DNA of 64,000 bases from Candidatus Altimarinota bacterium (GTDB taxonomy: Bacteria; Patescibacteriota; Gracilibacteria; CAIRYL01), in contig OZ252287.1 of assembly GCA_965250085.1 (NCBI GenBank), positions 1-64,000 of the forward strand, in the 5' to 3' direction. Below the pieces are notes generated by a model. That model saw nothing but the letters and a program-made list of their open reading frames with translations, was not told the origin of the DNA and did not search any database. Below are positions 9,093-20,173 of this stretch, piece after piece. The translations under genes were made by a program, and so were the position numbers. The first letter of the stretch is position 1. Every line of letters begins with the position of its first letter.

Positions 9093-9109
9093 CCCTCAGA
9101 GTTGAAGAC
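9064..9109. repeat. dispersed repeat; inverted and longer copy at 35234-35320
   Basis: CTCATTCGAGyCTGAGC...CTCATCCCTCAGAGTyGAAGAC shared by the two sites. Confidence 0.75.
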
Positions 9110-9167
9110 CAACTCACTTTCTCAAGGGGGCAATATATACTACAATCCACTCGTTCAATTTTACCGT

Positions 9168-10259
9168 ATGACAAAAGGACGAGTACTTGTTGGCCTTTCT
9201 GGAGGACTGGACTCTACCGTCGCAGCATTGCTCCTCCAGAGAGAGGGATATGATGTGATCGGGGTGCATCTCAAGCTCTGGAGTGATAACAAAGCACCGG
9301 ATATGCAGAAGAATCTACCAGAAAATAAATGCTGCAGTGTGCGAGATCTCATGTTGGCTCGAACAGCAGCAAAAAAAATGAATATTCCGTTCTATGTGTT
9401 TGATTTTCGCGATTGCTTCAAACGTGAAGTCGTGGATGAATTTTTGGAACGGTTCAAAATGGGGATTACTCCCAATCCTTGTGTAGAGTGCAACCGCAAT
9501 ATCAAATTTGGATATTTCCTGAAGAAAATGAAGGAACTGGGTGCTGATTACGTAGCCACTGGTCACTATTGCCAAAATACGTGGAATGCAAAAACCAAAA
9601 AATGGGAATTCAGACGAGGCAATGATGGATGGAAAGACCAGAGCTATTTTCTCTATACACTGACTCAGGACAAGCTCGCTCATGCCCTTTTTCCCGTAGG
9701 ACATCTGGATAAAGACAAAGTACGGACAATTGCTCTGGAAAACGGATTTGAAGAGTTTGCAGTAAAAAAAGAATCTCAAGGAGTATGTTTTTTCCCTGAA
9801 GCAAATCACATTCCATTTCTTATGCGTCATTTGCCGGAAACACTCTTTCAAAAAGGTCCACTTATTATCAAAAAAACAAACGAGAAGGTGGGGGAGCATG
9901 AAGGTTTGCTCAAATATACGATTGGGCAAAGGGCACGTGTAGGAGGTTTCGAACATCCGATGTATGTGCTGAGTAATGACCTGAATACCAATACGGTTTT
10001 TATTGGGGACGATGCCGAACTGCTCACCAGCACACTGAGTCTCAAACAAGTGACCTGGACCATGGATGACCCTGGAAATAATGCCGAGATTGAAATCCGT
10101 GTGCGCCATGGTGGCAAGCCACAAAAAGTGCGTGTTTTGGGAAAAGGAGATGAGCGTAGGGTGGAATTTTTTGAGCCTATTCGCGCCATTACCCCCGGTC
10201 AATCAGCGGTGTTTTCTGATGGAGATTTATGTCTGGGAGGAGGGATAATAGTCAATTAA
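9168..10259 (+). CDS. mnmA: tRNA 2-thiouridine(34) synthase MnmA
   Basis: SGGLDS, TPNPCVECN, ATGHY, KDQSYFL, ESQGVCF, YTIGQR, ITPGQSAV; ATG 9168. Confidence 0.96.
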   Translation: MTKGRVLVGLSGGLDSTVAALLLQREGYDVIGVHLKLWSDNKAPDMQKNLPENKCCSVRDLMLARTAAKKMNIPFYVFDFRDCFKREVVDEFLERFKMGITPNPCVECNRNIKFGYFLKKMKELGADYVATGHYCQNTWNAKTKKWEFRRGNDGWKDQSYFLYTLTQDKLAHALFPVGHLDKDKVRTIALENGFEEFAVKKESQGVCFFPEANHIPFLMRHLPETLFQKGPLIIKKTNEKVGEHEGLLKYTIGQRARVGGFEHPMYVLSNDLNTNTVFIGDDAELLTSTLSLKQVTWTMDDPGNNAEIEIRVRHGGKPQKVRVLGKGDERRVEFFEPIRAITPGQSAVFSDGDLCLGGGIIVN

Positions 10260-10283
10260 AACCTAGAATAACATGATAGCTCT

Positions 10284-10347
10284 TTAATAAGAGGTTTTCT
10301 TATTAAAGAAAATAGATTATTATCTTAATAACAAATGTCTTTATTAA
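10284..10347. promoter_or_regulatory. tandem palindromic operator-like boxes upstream of the fic gene
   Basis: TTAATAA-N9-TTATTAA at 10284-10306 and at 10325-10347. Confidence 0.6.
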
Positions 10348-10348
10348 A

Positions 10349-11446
10349 ATGGATCCATTTATTCCTCCAGAACTACCCCCAAAAATAACTTTTTCCACAA
10401 ATCTCTTAAGACAACTAGAAAAGGCTTCAATGGCGATAGGTAATTTAAAAAGCTTTGCAAGTGTATTACCTAATCCAAGGCTTCTTGTTGCTCCACTATT
10501 AAAGAAAGAGGTTGTAGCAAGCTCAAAAATAGAAGGAACTCAAGCGACAATATCTGACCTTGTAGAATTTGAAGTCGAACAGAAGATAACAGGAAAAATG
10601 CCTGAAGACGTCATAGAAAATCATAATTATTATCTCTCAGTATTAATTGGAATAGAAAAACTCAAAAAACTTCCAATATCTACTCGTCTTATATGCGAAC
10701 TTCACAGAGTGCTATTAAAAAATACCTCTCGTCATCGAGGTAGCAACAAGGACTCCGGAAGTATTAGAAAATTCCAAAATTATATTGGATCCCAAGGTGC
10801 CAGCATAGAAGAAGCTACATATGTGCCTCCGCCCCCTGGAAATGTCCCAAGTCTTCTTTCTGATCTAGAAAAATATATAAATAATGAATCTAATGAAGAA
10901 ACATTACTTATACAAGCAGCACTTTTACATGCTCAATTCGAAATGATACATCCGTTTGGAGATGGAAATGGAAGGATTGGGAGAGTTCTCATTACCTTGT
11001 TTCTAGTTGAAAGAAAAATTTTACCCTTTCCAATACTTTATCTTTCTGATTTTTTTGAAAGACACAGAACAGAATACTATTCAAAACTTTTAGTTATCAG
11101 CAAAGAAAATGACTGGGAAGGATGGATATCGTTTTTTCTCCAATCAATCATAGAGCAATCAAAAGCGGCAGAAATATTGTCAAAAAAAATATTAGAACTC
11201 TTTGAACAGTTTTCAGAAACTGTAAGATTGAATATGAACTCCATCCATACTCCTAAATTACTTGAGCTTATATTTATCAATCCAGTTGTGAACAGAAAAA
11301 AAGTTAGCGAAGAATTAAATATAACGTTTCCAACAGCAAGCAGCTTGTTAAGCCGACTTGTTCAAGAGGGTATTCTATATACTAATCCTGAAGAGAAGCG
11401 AAATAAAGATTATGCAAATACCAAACTAATTGAGCTATTACTATAA
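10349..11446 (+). CDS. Fic family protein with C-terminal HTH
   Basis: HPFGDGNGRIGR Fic motif, SSKIEG inhibitory-type motif, C-terminal wHTH-like segment. Confidence 0.92.
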   Translation: MDPFIPPELPPKITFSTNLLRQLEKASMAIGNLKSFASVLPNPRLLVAPLLKKEVVASSKIEGTQATISDLVEFEVEQKITGKMPEDVIENHNYYLSVLIGIEKLKKLPISTRLICELHRVLLKNTSRHRGSNKDSGSIRKFQNYIGSQGASIEEATYVPPPPGNVPSLLSDLEKYINNESNEETLLIQAALLHAQFEMIHPFGDGNGRIGRVLITLFLVERKILPFPILYLSDFFERHRTEYYSKLLVISKENDWEGWISFFLQSIIEQSKAAEILSKKILELFEQFSETVRLNMNSIHTPKLLELIFINPVVNRKKVSEELNITFPTASSLLSRLVQEGILYTNPEEKRNKDYANTKLIELLL

Positions 11447-11450
11447 TCTA

Positions 11451-12689
11451 ATGCTTGCCAATCAATCCACTCGGCTGAAATATGACACATCAGAAAAGTT
11501 TATCTGGGATAAAGAAAAAATTCTGAAGGTATTTACTACTGCTGCAAAAAAGTTTGTGCACAAAAAGGACAACAAATATGTCATTCATGCGGCGAGTAGA
11601 GATTGGTTTCTCGAGCCATGGGGGCGAGATACATTTATTTCCCTCCCCGGACTTCTTCTTGCCATTGGTCGATTCAAAGAGGCAAAGGGGGTAATTACAT
11701 CTTTTGCTGAATATGAAAAAAATGGAATTATTCCCAATCGAATTGTGAGTGTAGATGAAATTTTGTATAACACGGCAGATGCTTCGCTCTGGTTTGTACA
11801 AGCGGTGAAAAAATATATGGAATACACACAGGATGCAGATTTTCTCAAAGAAATACTTCCCACAATCAAAAAAATTGTAGATTCCTACAAAGAGGGGACT
11901 GGATATGAGCGGGATGGAATTTGGTATGACATTAAGATGGATGATGATGGGCTTATTTTGAGTCCTGCACAGGCAACGTGGATGGATGCAGACCCTTCAT
12001 TTCAAGGCACATATCCCATTACTCCACGTCATGGGAAAGCAGTAGAGATAAATGCTCTTTGGTATGCGACACTTACATTTCTTATCAGTGTAATGCCAAC
12101 TTCTGAAGTGAAAAAATATCGCGCATTGGCAAAAAAAGTAAAAACATCATTCCGAAAAAAGTTTTGGAATGCTCAAAAAAAATCCCTCTATGATGTGATA
12201 GAAGGAGATGTGCATGGAGATGAAATTCGCCCCAATATGGTCTTTGCAGTAAGCCATGGTGAAGATCTGCTGTTGCACAGTCAGCAAAAATCAGTTTTCC
12301 AAATCGCAACTCAACATCTTCTGACTCCCGGAGGACTTCGCACTCTGTCGCCAAAAGATAAGCACTATCATGGAGTATATGACACTGCGCTTCCTCCAGA
12401 ACAAAAAGATCTCGCCTATCACCAGGGTACAGTGTGGCCATGGCTGATGGGATCGTACATGGATGCTCTTATTCGTATCCGCGGATATGAAAAAAAGAGC
12501 AAACGCTCTGCTCAAAATGAAATCAAAAAACTCCTCACTCCACTGGTGAGATTTTGTCTGGAGAGCAGATACAAATCTCTTCCTGAAGTTTTTTCTGGGG
12601 ATGAGCCATATGAACCTGGAGGGACTACTTCACAAGCGTGGAGTGTGGGAGAGGTTTTGAGAGCACTTGTAGAACACAAGCTTCTTTAA
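11451..12689 (+). CDS. amylo-alpha-1,6-glucosidase (glycogen debranching enzyme, GH133-like)
   Basis: WGRDTFISLPG, YNTADASLWF, TWMDA, GKAVEINALWY, YHQGTVWPW, QAWSVGE. Confidence 0.9.
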   Translation: MLANQSTRLKYDTSEKFIWDKEKILKVFTTAAKKFVHKKDNKYVIHAASRDWFLEPWGRDTFISLPGLLLAIGRFKEAKGVITSFAEYEKNGIIPNRIVSVDEILYNTADASLWFVQAVKKYMEYTQDADFLKEILPTIKKIVDSYKEGTGYERDGIWYDIKMDDDGLILSPAQATWMDADPSFQGTYPITPRHGKAVEINALWYATLTFLISVMPTSEVKKYRALAKKVKTSFRKKFWNAQKKSLYDVIEGDVHGDEIRPNMVFAVSHGEDLLLHSQQKSVFQIATQHLLTPGGLRTLSPKDKHYHGVYDTALPPEQKDLAYHQGTVWPWLMGSYMDALIRIRGYEKKSKRSAQNEIKKLLTPLVRFCLESRYKSLPEVFSGDEPYEPGGTTSQAWSVGEVLRALVEHKLL

Positions 12690-12709
12690 AATCCATAAGC
12701 CCTAAAAGG

Positions 12710-13015
12710 TCATTTTTTTTCTGATAAATCTAATATTCTTGAAATCTTTTCGAGATCTTCAGTTTTTAAGGCATCTTTTTTGATTTTTTTAAATTCTGAA
12801 CTTTTTATCTTAATGCCATGTATAGTATTTTCTTCAGAGCAAGTTGGGCACGCCATCCAATATTCCCAATTCCAAGGAAAAATAGGAATAAAGAAAAAAG
12901 TTAACCAAGTTGTAACAGATATTAGTGTAAAAAAAGTATCGCATTCGTTACATTTATGATTTATCAAATATCCGAAGTTTTTGATTACAGGTTTTGACCC
13001 ATGTATTATGAACAT
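12710..13015 (-). CDS. zinc-ribbon domain protein
   Basis: CNEC...WLTFFFIPIFP...CPTC. Confidence 0.75.
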   Translation of the reverse strand: MFIIHGSKPVIKNFGYLINHKCNECDTFFTLISVTTWLTFFFIPIFPWNWEYWMACPTCSEENTIHGIKIKSSEFKKIKKDALKTEDLEKISRILDLSEKK

Positions 13016-13085
13016 AAACGTATTTTAAAGATAATTTTGTGAGAATGAAATAATTCCAATATCTGTAATTTTTTATCAACTAGAC

Positions 13086-13451
13086 ATGAAACTTATTTTC
13101 CAACTTACCCTCAACGCTCTTGCAGTGCTTCTCACTTCGTATATTCTTCCCGGAGTGTATGTGGAGAGTCTTTTTGCGGCACTTATTGTCTCTCTTGTGC
13201 TTGGCGTTCTCAATGTATACGTACGGCCGATTTTGGTAGCTTTTACTCTGCCACTTACGGCAATGACGATGGGAATCTTCCTCTTGGTCATCAATGCGGT
13301 CATTGCACTTTTAGCTTCATGGCTGGTGCCAGGGTTTTTGATAAAAGGATTTCTGTGGGCAGTCGTCTTTAGTATTGTCCTCACGATTTTTGGATTTGTT
13401 CTGAGTTCGTTTTCGTATACCAAAAGAGAAGGTTCGAATATCTCTGAATAA
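13086..13451 (+). CDS. phage holin family 4 / YvlD-like membrane protein
   Basis: LNVYVRPIL, TLPLTAMTMGIFLLVINA; four TM helices. Confidence 0.85.
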   Translation: MKLIFQLTLNALAVLLTSYILPGVYVESLFAALIVSLVLGVLNVYVRPILVAFTLPLTAMTMGIFLLVINAVIALLASWLVPGFLIKGFLWAVVFSIVLTIFGFVLSSFSYTKREGSNISE

Positions 13452-13551
13452 ATAAACCCTCTCAATCCCCCTTTTCAAGGGGGAAGTTTGTTTGTTCCTC
13501 CCTTCGTACCATGCCTAGCGGCAGACAGGAGGGAGGTTAGGTGGGTTTATT
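13451..13551. mobile_element. about 100-bp MITE/REP-like composite element, copy A
   Basis: terminal inverted repeat AATAAACCC/GGGTTTATT; near-identical copy at 42496-42597; carries a 21-bp nested insert at 13509-13529. Confidence 0.7.
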
Positions 13552-13564
13552 AAAAATTCCATAC

Positions 13565-13605
13565 AGGAAAAAAACCGACCTCAAAAAAGAGGTACGGTTT
13601 TTTCC
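13565..13605. terminator. hairpin terminator between convergent yvlD-like and 16S transcripts
   Basis: aggaaaaaaaccgacctc-aaaaaa-gaggtacggttttttcct inverted repeat. Confidence 0.7.
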
Positions 13606-13626
13606 TATCCTTTTCCCCCTTTTTTA

Positions 13627-13650
13627 TTAACACCCACAATGTAGAAGAGG
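13627..13650 (-). other. 3' arm of the 16S processing stem (pairs with 15399-15422)
   Basis: 24-nt complementarity (with G-U pairs) to the 16S leader. Confidence 0.75.
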
Positions 13651-13691
13651 ACCAATCTCGGATTTTGAAAGGCTTTCGCCTTTTACTCCGT

Positions 13692-15165
<1,474 letters not shown>

Positions 15166-15472
15166 GAATAAAATCAGACTGCATACAGCAATCCAGACTT
15201 CACTATAAATACGAAAAAAGTTTTTTGCTGACAAATAAATTTGTAGCATTTTCCTTCTTGTCGCAGAGCGATAAGAAGGAATCTTTATCGTTATCAAAAT
15301 CAAAGAAAAAAACGAGTTTTTAGGACCTATGTATATAGGTTGCTCGTTTGAAGAAATCTTTTTCTTTTTTTCGTCTGGAAAAAAGAAAAACCAGATTTCC
15401 TCTTCTACACCGTGGATGTTAAAGGTCAAGGAAGTAATGCATCCTGTCTTCGAAAAAACAGGAAGCCGCAGG

Positions 15473-15502
15473 ATGGTACCGGATGAAACCAGAGTGCGTC
15501 AA
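15473..15502 (-). promoter_or_regulatory. putative rRNA promoter
   Basis: minus strand TTGACG, 18 nt spacer, TACCAT, GC-rich discriminator, A-rich UP region. Confidence 0.6.
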
Positions 15503-15539
15503 GGATTTTTTTTATGATTTTTCTCTCATGAGAATCTTT

Positions 15540-15941
15540 TTATTTTTTCTGTATATATTCGCTGATTTTATCCATCACATCTTGAAAAGCAATGTTGCTT
15601 TTGACCAAAAAATCAATTGCTCCAATCTCTTTTGATTTCTGTATTTCCTTTTCTTCTCCAAGATTTGAAAGCATGATAACCGGAATATCTTTGAGATCAT
15701 CATCATCCTTGAGATCTTTGAGTGTTTCGAGTCCATCTTTTTTGGGCATCATAATGTCCAGCAAGATAATATCTGGTTTTTTTGCTTGTACAAACTGGAA
15801 GAGAGCTTCTCCGTTGTCGACTATTTCAACTTCATACCCCTGGTCAATAAGTTTCCACTTATAAATTTCAGCGTAGGAAGTTTCATCCTCAGCAATAATA
15901 ATAGAGCCTTTTGAATTTGTTGGAGAGGAATCCTCTGGCAT
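15540..15941 (-). CDS. single-domain response regulator (receiver only)
   Basis: IIIAEDE, LLDIMMPKKDG, VIMLSN, FLVK. Confidence 0.93.
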   Translation of the reverse strand: MPEDSSPTNSKGSIIIAEDETSYAEIYKWKLIDQGYEVEIVDNGEALFQFVQAKKPDIILLDIMMPKKDGLETLKDLKDDDDLKDIPVIMLSNLGEEKEIQKSKEIGAIDFLVKSNIAFQDVMDKISEYIQKK

Positions 15942-16033
15942 AGGAAAATAAAAAAGATGTGGGAATTGTAAGTGAGAATCAATACATTTTCCAGTAATTT
16001 TACTCTGCCGGACTTAATTTTTACTTAATAAAT

Positions 16034-18019
16034 TTATGCCAAGGGTACTTTTAGGGTAAATGTAGAACCCTTGTTTTCAATGCTTGTAAATGAGATGTCT
16101 CCTCCCCATTGGCGAGCATACAATCTTGCTACATATAATCCCAGTCCAGATCCAGTCGCATCACTTTGGACAACATTTTCTGCACGAAAAAATTTCCCAA
16201 ACATTTTTTCTTGATCCTTCTTGGGGATGCCAATACCGGTATCAACAATATGAAATAATATATTTCCCCCTTTTGTTTCTACTGTTACTGCGACCTTTCC
16301 TTTTTCAGGAGTATATTTGACTGCATTAGAAAGAAGATTCTCTAGTATCTCATACAATTGCCCAGTATTCGCTTTCACAGAGGGAAGCTCTTGTTGAGGA
16401 GTGCTGATATTAAGTGCGATATTTCTTTCTTTTGCGAGAGCTTGTACTGCTTTTGTCACTTTTTCAACAATTTGCGCACTGTCTACCAGTTCAATTTCCT
16501 CTTGAGTTTTCTTTTCTTCAATGCGAGAAACGTTCAAAAGATCATTCACCAGTCGGATAAGCCGTTTGGTATTCTTTCCCATATCTTCTACGACAGATGC
16601 AACTCTCGGAGAATATTCCTTTATGTTTTCGGACAAAAATTCAAGATTCCAGCGAATGATACCCAAAGGGGTTCTGAGCTGATGAGAAGCAATAGACATA
16701 AATTCATTTTTCATCGTTTCCAACTCCCGTTCACTGGTCACATCACGAAAAACAACAACACATCCGATGATATCTCCCTCTTCATTTTTCAGAGGAGCAG
16801 AACTATCAGCTACCGGGATTTCGTGCCCATCTTTGTGAATGAGTACAGTGTGGTTTGCCATTTTTTGATTCTTTCCCAGGAGCATAGCATTCTGTACAAA
16901 CTCCATATTTGGCTCCTTCGTATCTTCATGAATAAACTTCAAAATAGAATCATACCGCTTACCAATAGTTTCCTTTTGAGAAAAACCAGAAATGGTTTCA
17001 GCTGTTGTATTAAACAGAATGATCTCCCAATTTTTATTGATCACAAATACTCCATCTCCAATACTCTGGACGATGGCATCAATTTTTTCTGCTTCTGATC
17101 GTGCTTTTTGTCGTTCTTCCTCTACATCTTGTAGAATATTAAGTGTTGCCCGTTTGGTATTTTGAAGATCTTCATTTTGCAATTTTGTTTTCTCAAGAGT
17201 CGTGGCTACTTCTTGAGCTTGCTTTTTAAGTTGTCGATAGGACTTTTCGAGTTTTTGAGCCATAACATTAAAAGTCTTCGAAAGTACTCCCAATTCATCA
17301 TTGGAAGTTATTTTTGTCCGTTTGCTGAGATTACCAGAGGAAAATGACTCTGCTGTTTTGGTTAGGTGTCGCAGAAAAGAGATGACAGAAGACACGATGG
17401 CATATGAAATCAGTGTTGCTAATACAATAGAAACAAAAATAGAAATAATACTGACGCGTGAACTTTTAGTAATAAAAACAACATTCTGCTGAAGAATATC
17501 TTCTATTTCTTTTTGTTTTTTTGTTCTGAGGTCCTGGAGAGCATTTATGATTTTTTGATAACTGGATATATAACTTCCATCAAAAAGTGCTTCTGCTTCC
17601 TGCAACTTTCCTTGACGTACTTTCAGCAATATAAGCAGCTCGGTTCCTTTTATGAGGTTAGCACTCTTTTTCACAGATTGTATTGTCGCTAGTGCGAGTT
17701 TATCTGTTTCAAAATCCTTATAGTCCTGCAATATGTGGTCAAAATTAAGTGAGATCTCATCGTAAGCTGTTTCCCATTTGTCTTCTTGTGTATGCAAAAA
17801 TGAATCAGCAGCACTGGAGAGATCTTCTGCGTAGTTTTCAAGGAGGATAAGATTTTCCAGAAGAGTATATCTTTGAGAGATTTCAGTCGAAGAAGTTTCA
17901 ATTTTCTGAAATGAGTATTCGAAATATACTATTGCGGTAACAAAAATAATAATGAGACAGAAAAACCCAGAGTAGAGCTTGAATTGCAGTGGCAGATCTC
18001 GAAACCAGTTTTTTTTCAT
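16034..18019 (-). CDS. membrane sensor histidine kinase (4HB-HAMP-PAS-HisKA-HATPase)
   Basis: two TM helices, HAMP (SNDELG), PAS (IGDGVFVI...VVVFRDVT), ASHQLRTP, NLLSNAVKYT, DTGIGI, GSGLGL. Confidence 0.95.
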   Translation of the reverse strand: MKKNWFRDLPLQFKLYSGFFCLIIIFVTAIVYFEYSFQKIETSSTEISQRYTLLENLILLENYAEDLSSAADSFLHTQEDKWETAYDEISLNFDHILQDYKDFETDKLALATIQSVKKSANLIKGTELLILLKVRQGKLQEAEALFDGSYISSYQKIINALQDLRTKKQKEIEDILQQNVVFITKSSRVSIISIFVSIVLATLISYAIVSSVISFLRHLTKTAESFSSGNLSKRTKITSNDELGVLSKTFNVMAQKLEKSYRQLKKQAQEVATTLEKTKLQNEDLQNTKRATLNILQDVEEERQKARSEAEKIDAIVQSIGDGVFVINKNWEIILFNTTAETISGFSQKETIGKRYDSILKFIHEDTKEPNMEFVQNAMLLGKNQKMANHTVLIHKDGHEIPVADSSAPLKNEEGDIIGCVVVFRDVTSERELETMKNEFMSIASHQLRTPLGIIRWNLEFLSENIKEYSPRVASVVEDMGKNTKRLIRLVNDLLNVSRIEEKKTQEEIELVDSAQIVEKVTKAVQALAKERNIALNISTPQQELPSVKANTGQLYEILENLLSNAVKYTPEKGKVAVTVETKGGNILFHIVDTGIGIPKKDQEKMFGKFFRAENVVQSDATGSGLGLYVARLYARQWGGDISFTSIENKGSTFTLKVPLA

Positions 18020-18036
18020 GGACTGTATAAAAAATA

Positions 18037-19017
18037 TTATTGCTCAATGATTTCTCTTTCTACAAAGGCACTGAGTGTACTTATTATTTCAAAAACTTTC
18101 TCTGACGTATGAGAATCAACTAGAGAGAATTTTCCGGTGTTGTCGAATGCATTCAGTATTGATTTCCCTTCGGCAGAAGTATGAATATCGGTCAGTATCT
18201 TTTTTATTTCCCCTTCCATATCATCCGGCATATCTTTTGCTACAATAACGATATGGCGAAAAATTTCGGGAGAAGTAAATATTATTCGATATTGATCACT
18301 CTCGTACTTCGAAAATTTCTGAAAATCTTCTTCATTGTCAGCACCAGCATCTGCAATGCCATTTTCTACATCAAGTATGGTCTGTGCACTTGTTTCTGAA
18401 AAGTAGTACCCAATTGTATTTGGTCCTTCTGTTTGAGGGATATTATCTGTATGGGTCATAGAAAGTCCATGCTGCAGAAGAGATGCTTTTGGAAGAAAGT
18501 ATCCGGAAGTGGAATAATCTGTTTCAAATGCAATAGTTTTCCCAGCAAGATCGTCTATCGACTCAATATCACTCTCTGTTCGGACAAAAAGAACGCTTCG
18601 ATAGGTTTCTTGACCATCCCTCCATTGATTTGCCAAAGGTTTTGCATCTGCAAGTTGTGAAACAACATATGCCGGAAAAGGACTATCAATATACAGATCT
18701 ACCAGCCCCTGTCTCATCAATTTTGCTATTTCAACAGGAGATTCTGCAACGACTACTCCTCCCTGCTCAATACCCATGTTATGGAGCTCTTTGGCAAGAT
18801 ACTGGGTAAAACCTTGGAATTCTGAAAGCTCTTTTTCCCTATCGTTTCCTACCGTCCCAACGGTAAATATTTGGCGCTGAAAATCAATTTGCTGGTGACG
18901 TAATTGCTCTTTCTCTTCGGCAGTATGCTCATGGTTTGTTTCATTTTGAAAAGGCCAGAAGAGAGTACTCCAGATAACAAAGGCGCAGAAGAGAAGGAGA
19001 GCAATTTTTTTGGACAT
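18037..19017 (-). CDS. PhnD-like phosphate/phosphonate substrate-binding protein
   Basis: N-terminal TM; YRSVLFVR, DLAGKTIAF, STSGYFLP; alternative GTG start at 19059. Confidence 0.85.
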   Translation of the reverse strand: MSKKIALLLFCAFVIWSTLFWPFQNETNHEHTAEEKEQLRHQQIDFQRQIFTVGTVGNDREKELSEFQGFTQYLAKELHNMGIEQGGVVVAESPVEIAKLMRQGLVDLYIDSPFPAYVVSQLADAKPLANQWRDGQETYRSVLFVRTESDIESIDDLAGKTIAFETDYSTSGYFLPKASLLQHGLSMTHTDNIPQTEGPNTIGYYFSETSAQTILDVENGIADAGADNEEDFQKFSKYESDQYRIIFTSPEIFRHIVIVAKDMPDDMEGEIKKILTDIHTSAEGKSILNAFDNTGKFSLVDSHTSEKVFEIISTLSAFVEREIIEQ

Positions 19018-19042
19018 TTGTATTTGCAATAAAGGGGAAAAA

Positions 19043-20155
19043 TTATTTTTTCTGCTCACGACCCTCTTCTTTGAGTTTTTGTATCTCTTCTTTCAGTTCA
19101 ATCATTTTGAGCTCCCTGTTCACCATAACATCGTTGAGTGCTTTGAGTTCAGAGACCTTTCCTTCCAGTTCATTTTTTGTCACTTCCATGTTTTTAGTTC
19201 TTTCTGATATTTTTTGCTCCAGATTTTTTTGAGCATCTTGAAGGCCTACAGCCATTGCATTGAAATTCGTCTCTAATTGACCTATTTCATCATGAGAATG
19301 TATTTGAGCTCTTGCATTCATATCTCCATTCATAATTTTTTGAGTGATGTGAGAAAGTTTAATAACAGGCATCAAAATAAGCTTTTTCAGTAGGAAAAAA
19401 GCGCCAAAAATAAGGAAGAGCCCTAAGACAGTAACCACAAGATGCATAACATGTGAAAGAGCCACTGTTTTCTTGAGTTCAGAAGCAGTCTGTATAATTA
19501 CTTTTTCATTCTCATGTACCAGTTCTTGCATTTTCTGAGTCATATTTTCTTTCAGACCCCCAATACTGGTAAGAGAAGAAGATATATTCTCTTCTATTTC
19601 GTTTTTCTCTTGAGGAGAAAGACCTTCTTGCACATCAAATCGTAGAAGTTTTTTTTTGGAGGTAAATGCAGAGTTTGCATTTTTAAGAAACGTTTGCAGA
19701 TATGGACCCAACTCCTTGAGCACCTGTATTTGCTCAGAAGTGCCAGACGGAATTTGAAGTGCGTCATATCCTCGTTGTTGCCATTGATAGTACACAATAC
19801 CACCCTGAGCTTGTTGAAACTCATCTGACCCAGCTCCATACAGAATTGCATTTGTAAACAAGTCATATTCGATCATCGCTCCTTTAAAATTTTGCTCAGA
19901 TCTTCTGACCACTTCAATATCTTCAAATTCACTTGTGATCAAACCTGCATACACTGCAGTTGTTGCACTATCAAGAGCTAAAATGGCACGCTGAAGACTC
20001 TGAACAAGGGGAGTCTGGAATGAGACGATATTATTGGAAGCAGTAAAAAGACGTGAAGTATTATTCATCATAATTCCCCAGGCAATAAACATAACTATTC
20101 CCAGAAGAACACTGGTGATAATAAGTTTGCCTTGGAGAGAATGAAAAAACTTCAT
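19043..20155 (-). CDS. membrane HAMP-domain protein lacking an output domain
   Basis: TM, helical extracellular domain, TM, HAMP (SHDEIGQLETNFNAM), coiled coil ending MVNRELKMIELK. Confidence 0.85.
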   Translation of the reverse strand: MKFFHSLQGKLIITSVLLGIVMFIAWGIMMNNTSRLFTASNNIVSFQTPLVQSLQRAILALDSATTAVYAGLITSEFEDIEVVRRSEQNFKGAMIEYDLFTNAILYGAGSDEFQQAQGGIVYYQWQQRGYDALQIPSGTSEQIQVLKELGPYLQTFLKNANSAFTSKKKLLRFDVQEGLSPQEKNEIEENISSSLTSIGGLKENMTQKMQELVHENEKVIIQTASELKKTVALSHVMHLVVTVLGLFLIFGAFFLLKKLILMPVIKLSHITQKIMNGDMNARAQIHSHDEIGQLETNFNAMAVGLQDAQKNLEQKISERTKNMEVTKNELEGKVSELKALNDVMVNRELKMIELKEEIQKLKEEGREQKK

Positions 20156-20173
20156 GTAATACAAAAAAGGTTT

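Noticed and set aside
9315-10202. 295-aa antisense ORF (also 16358-17098, 37802-38275, 43145-43690)
   Set aside because: Fully antisense to well-supported genes, with no protein motifs
13086-13451. Phage holin as evidence of a prophage
   Set aside because: YvlD-like family commonly found in chromosomes; no phage genes nearby
18037-19017. Phosphonate ABC transporter operon
   Set aside because: No permease or ATPase genes adjacent; the context is purely sensory
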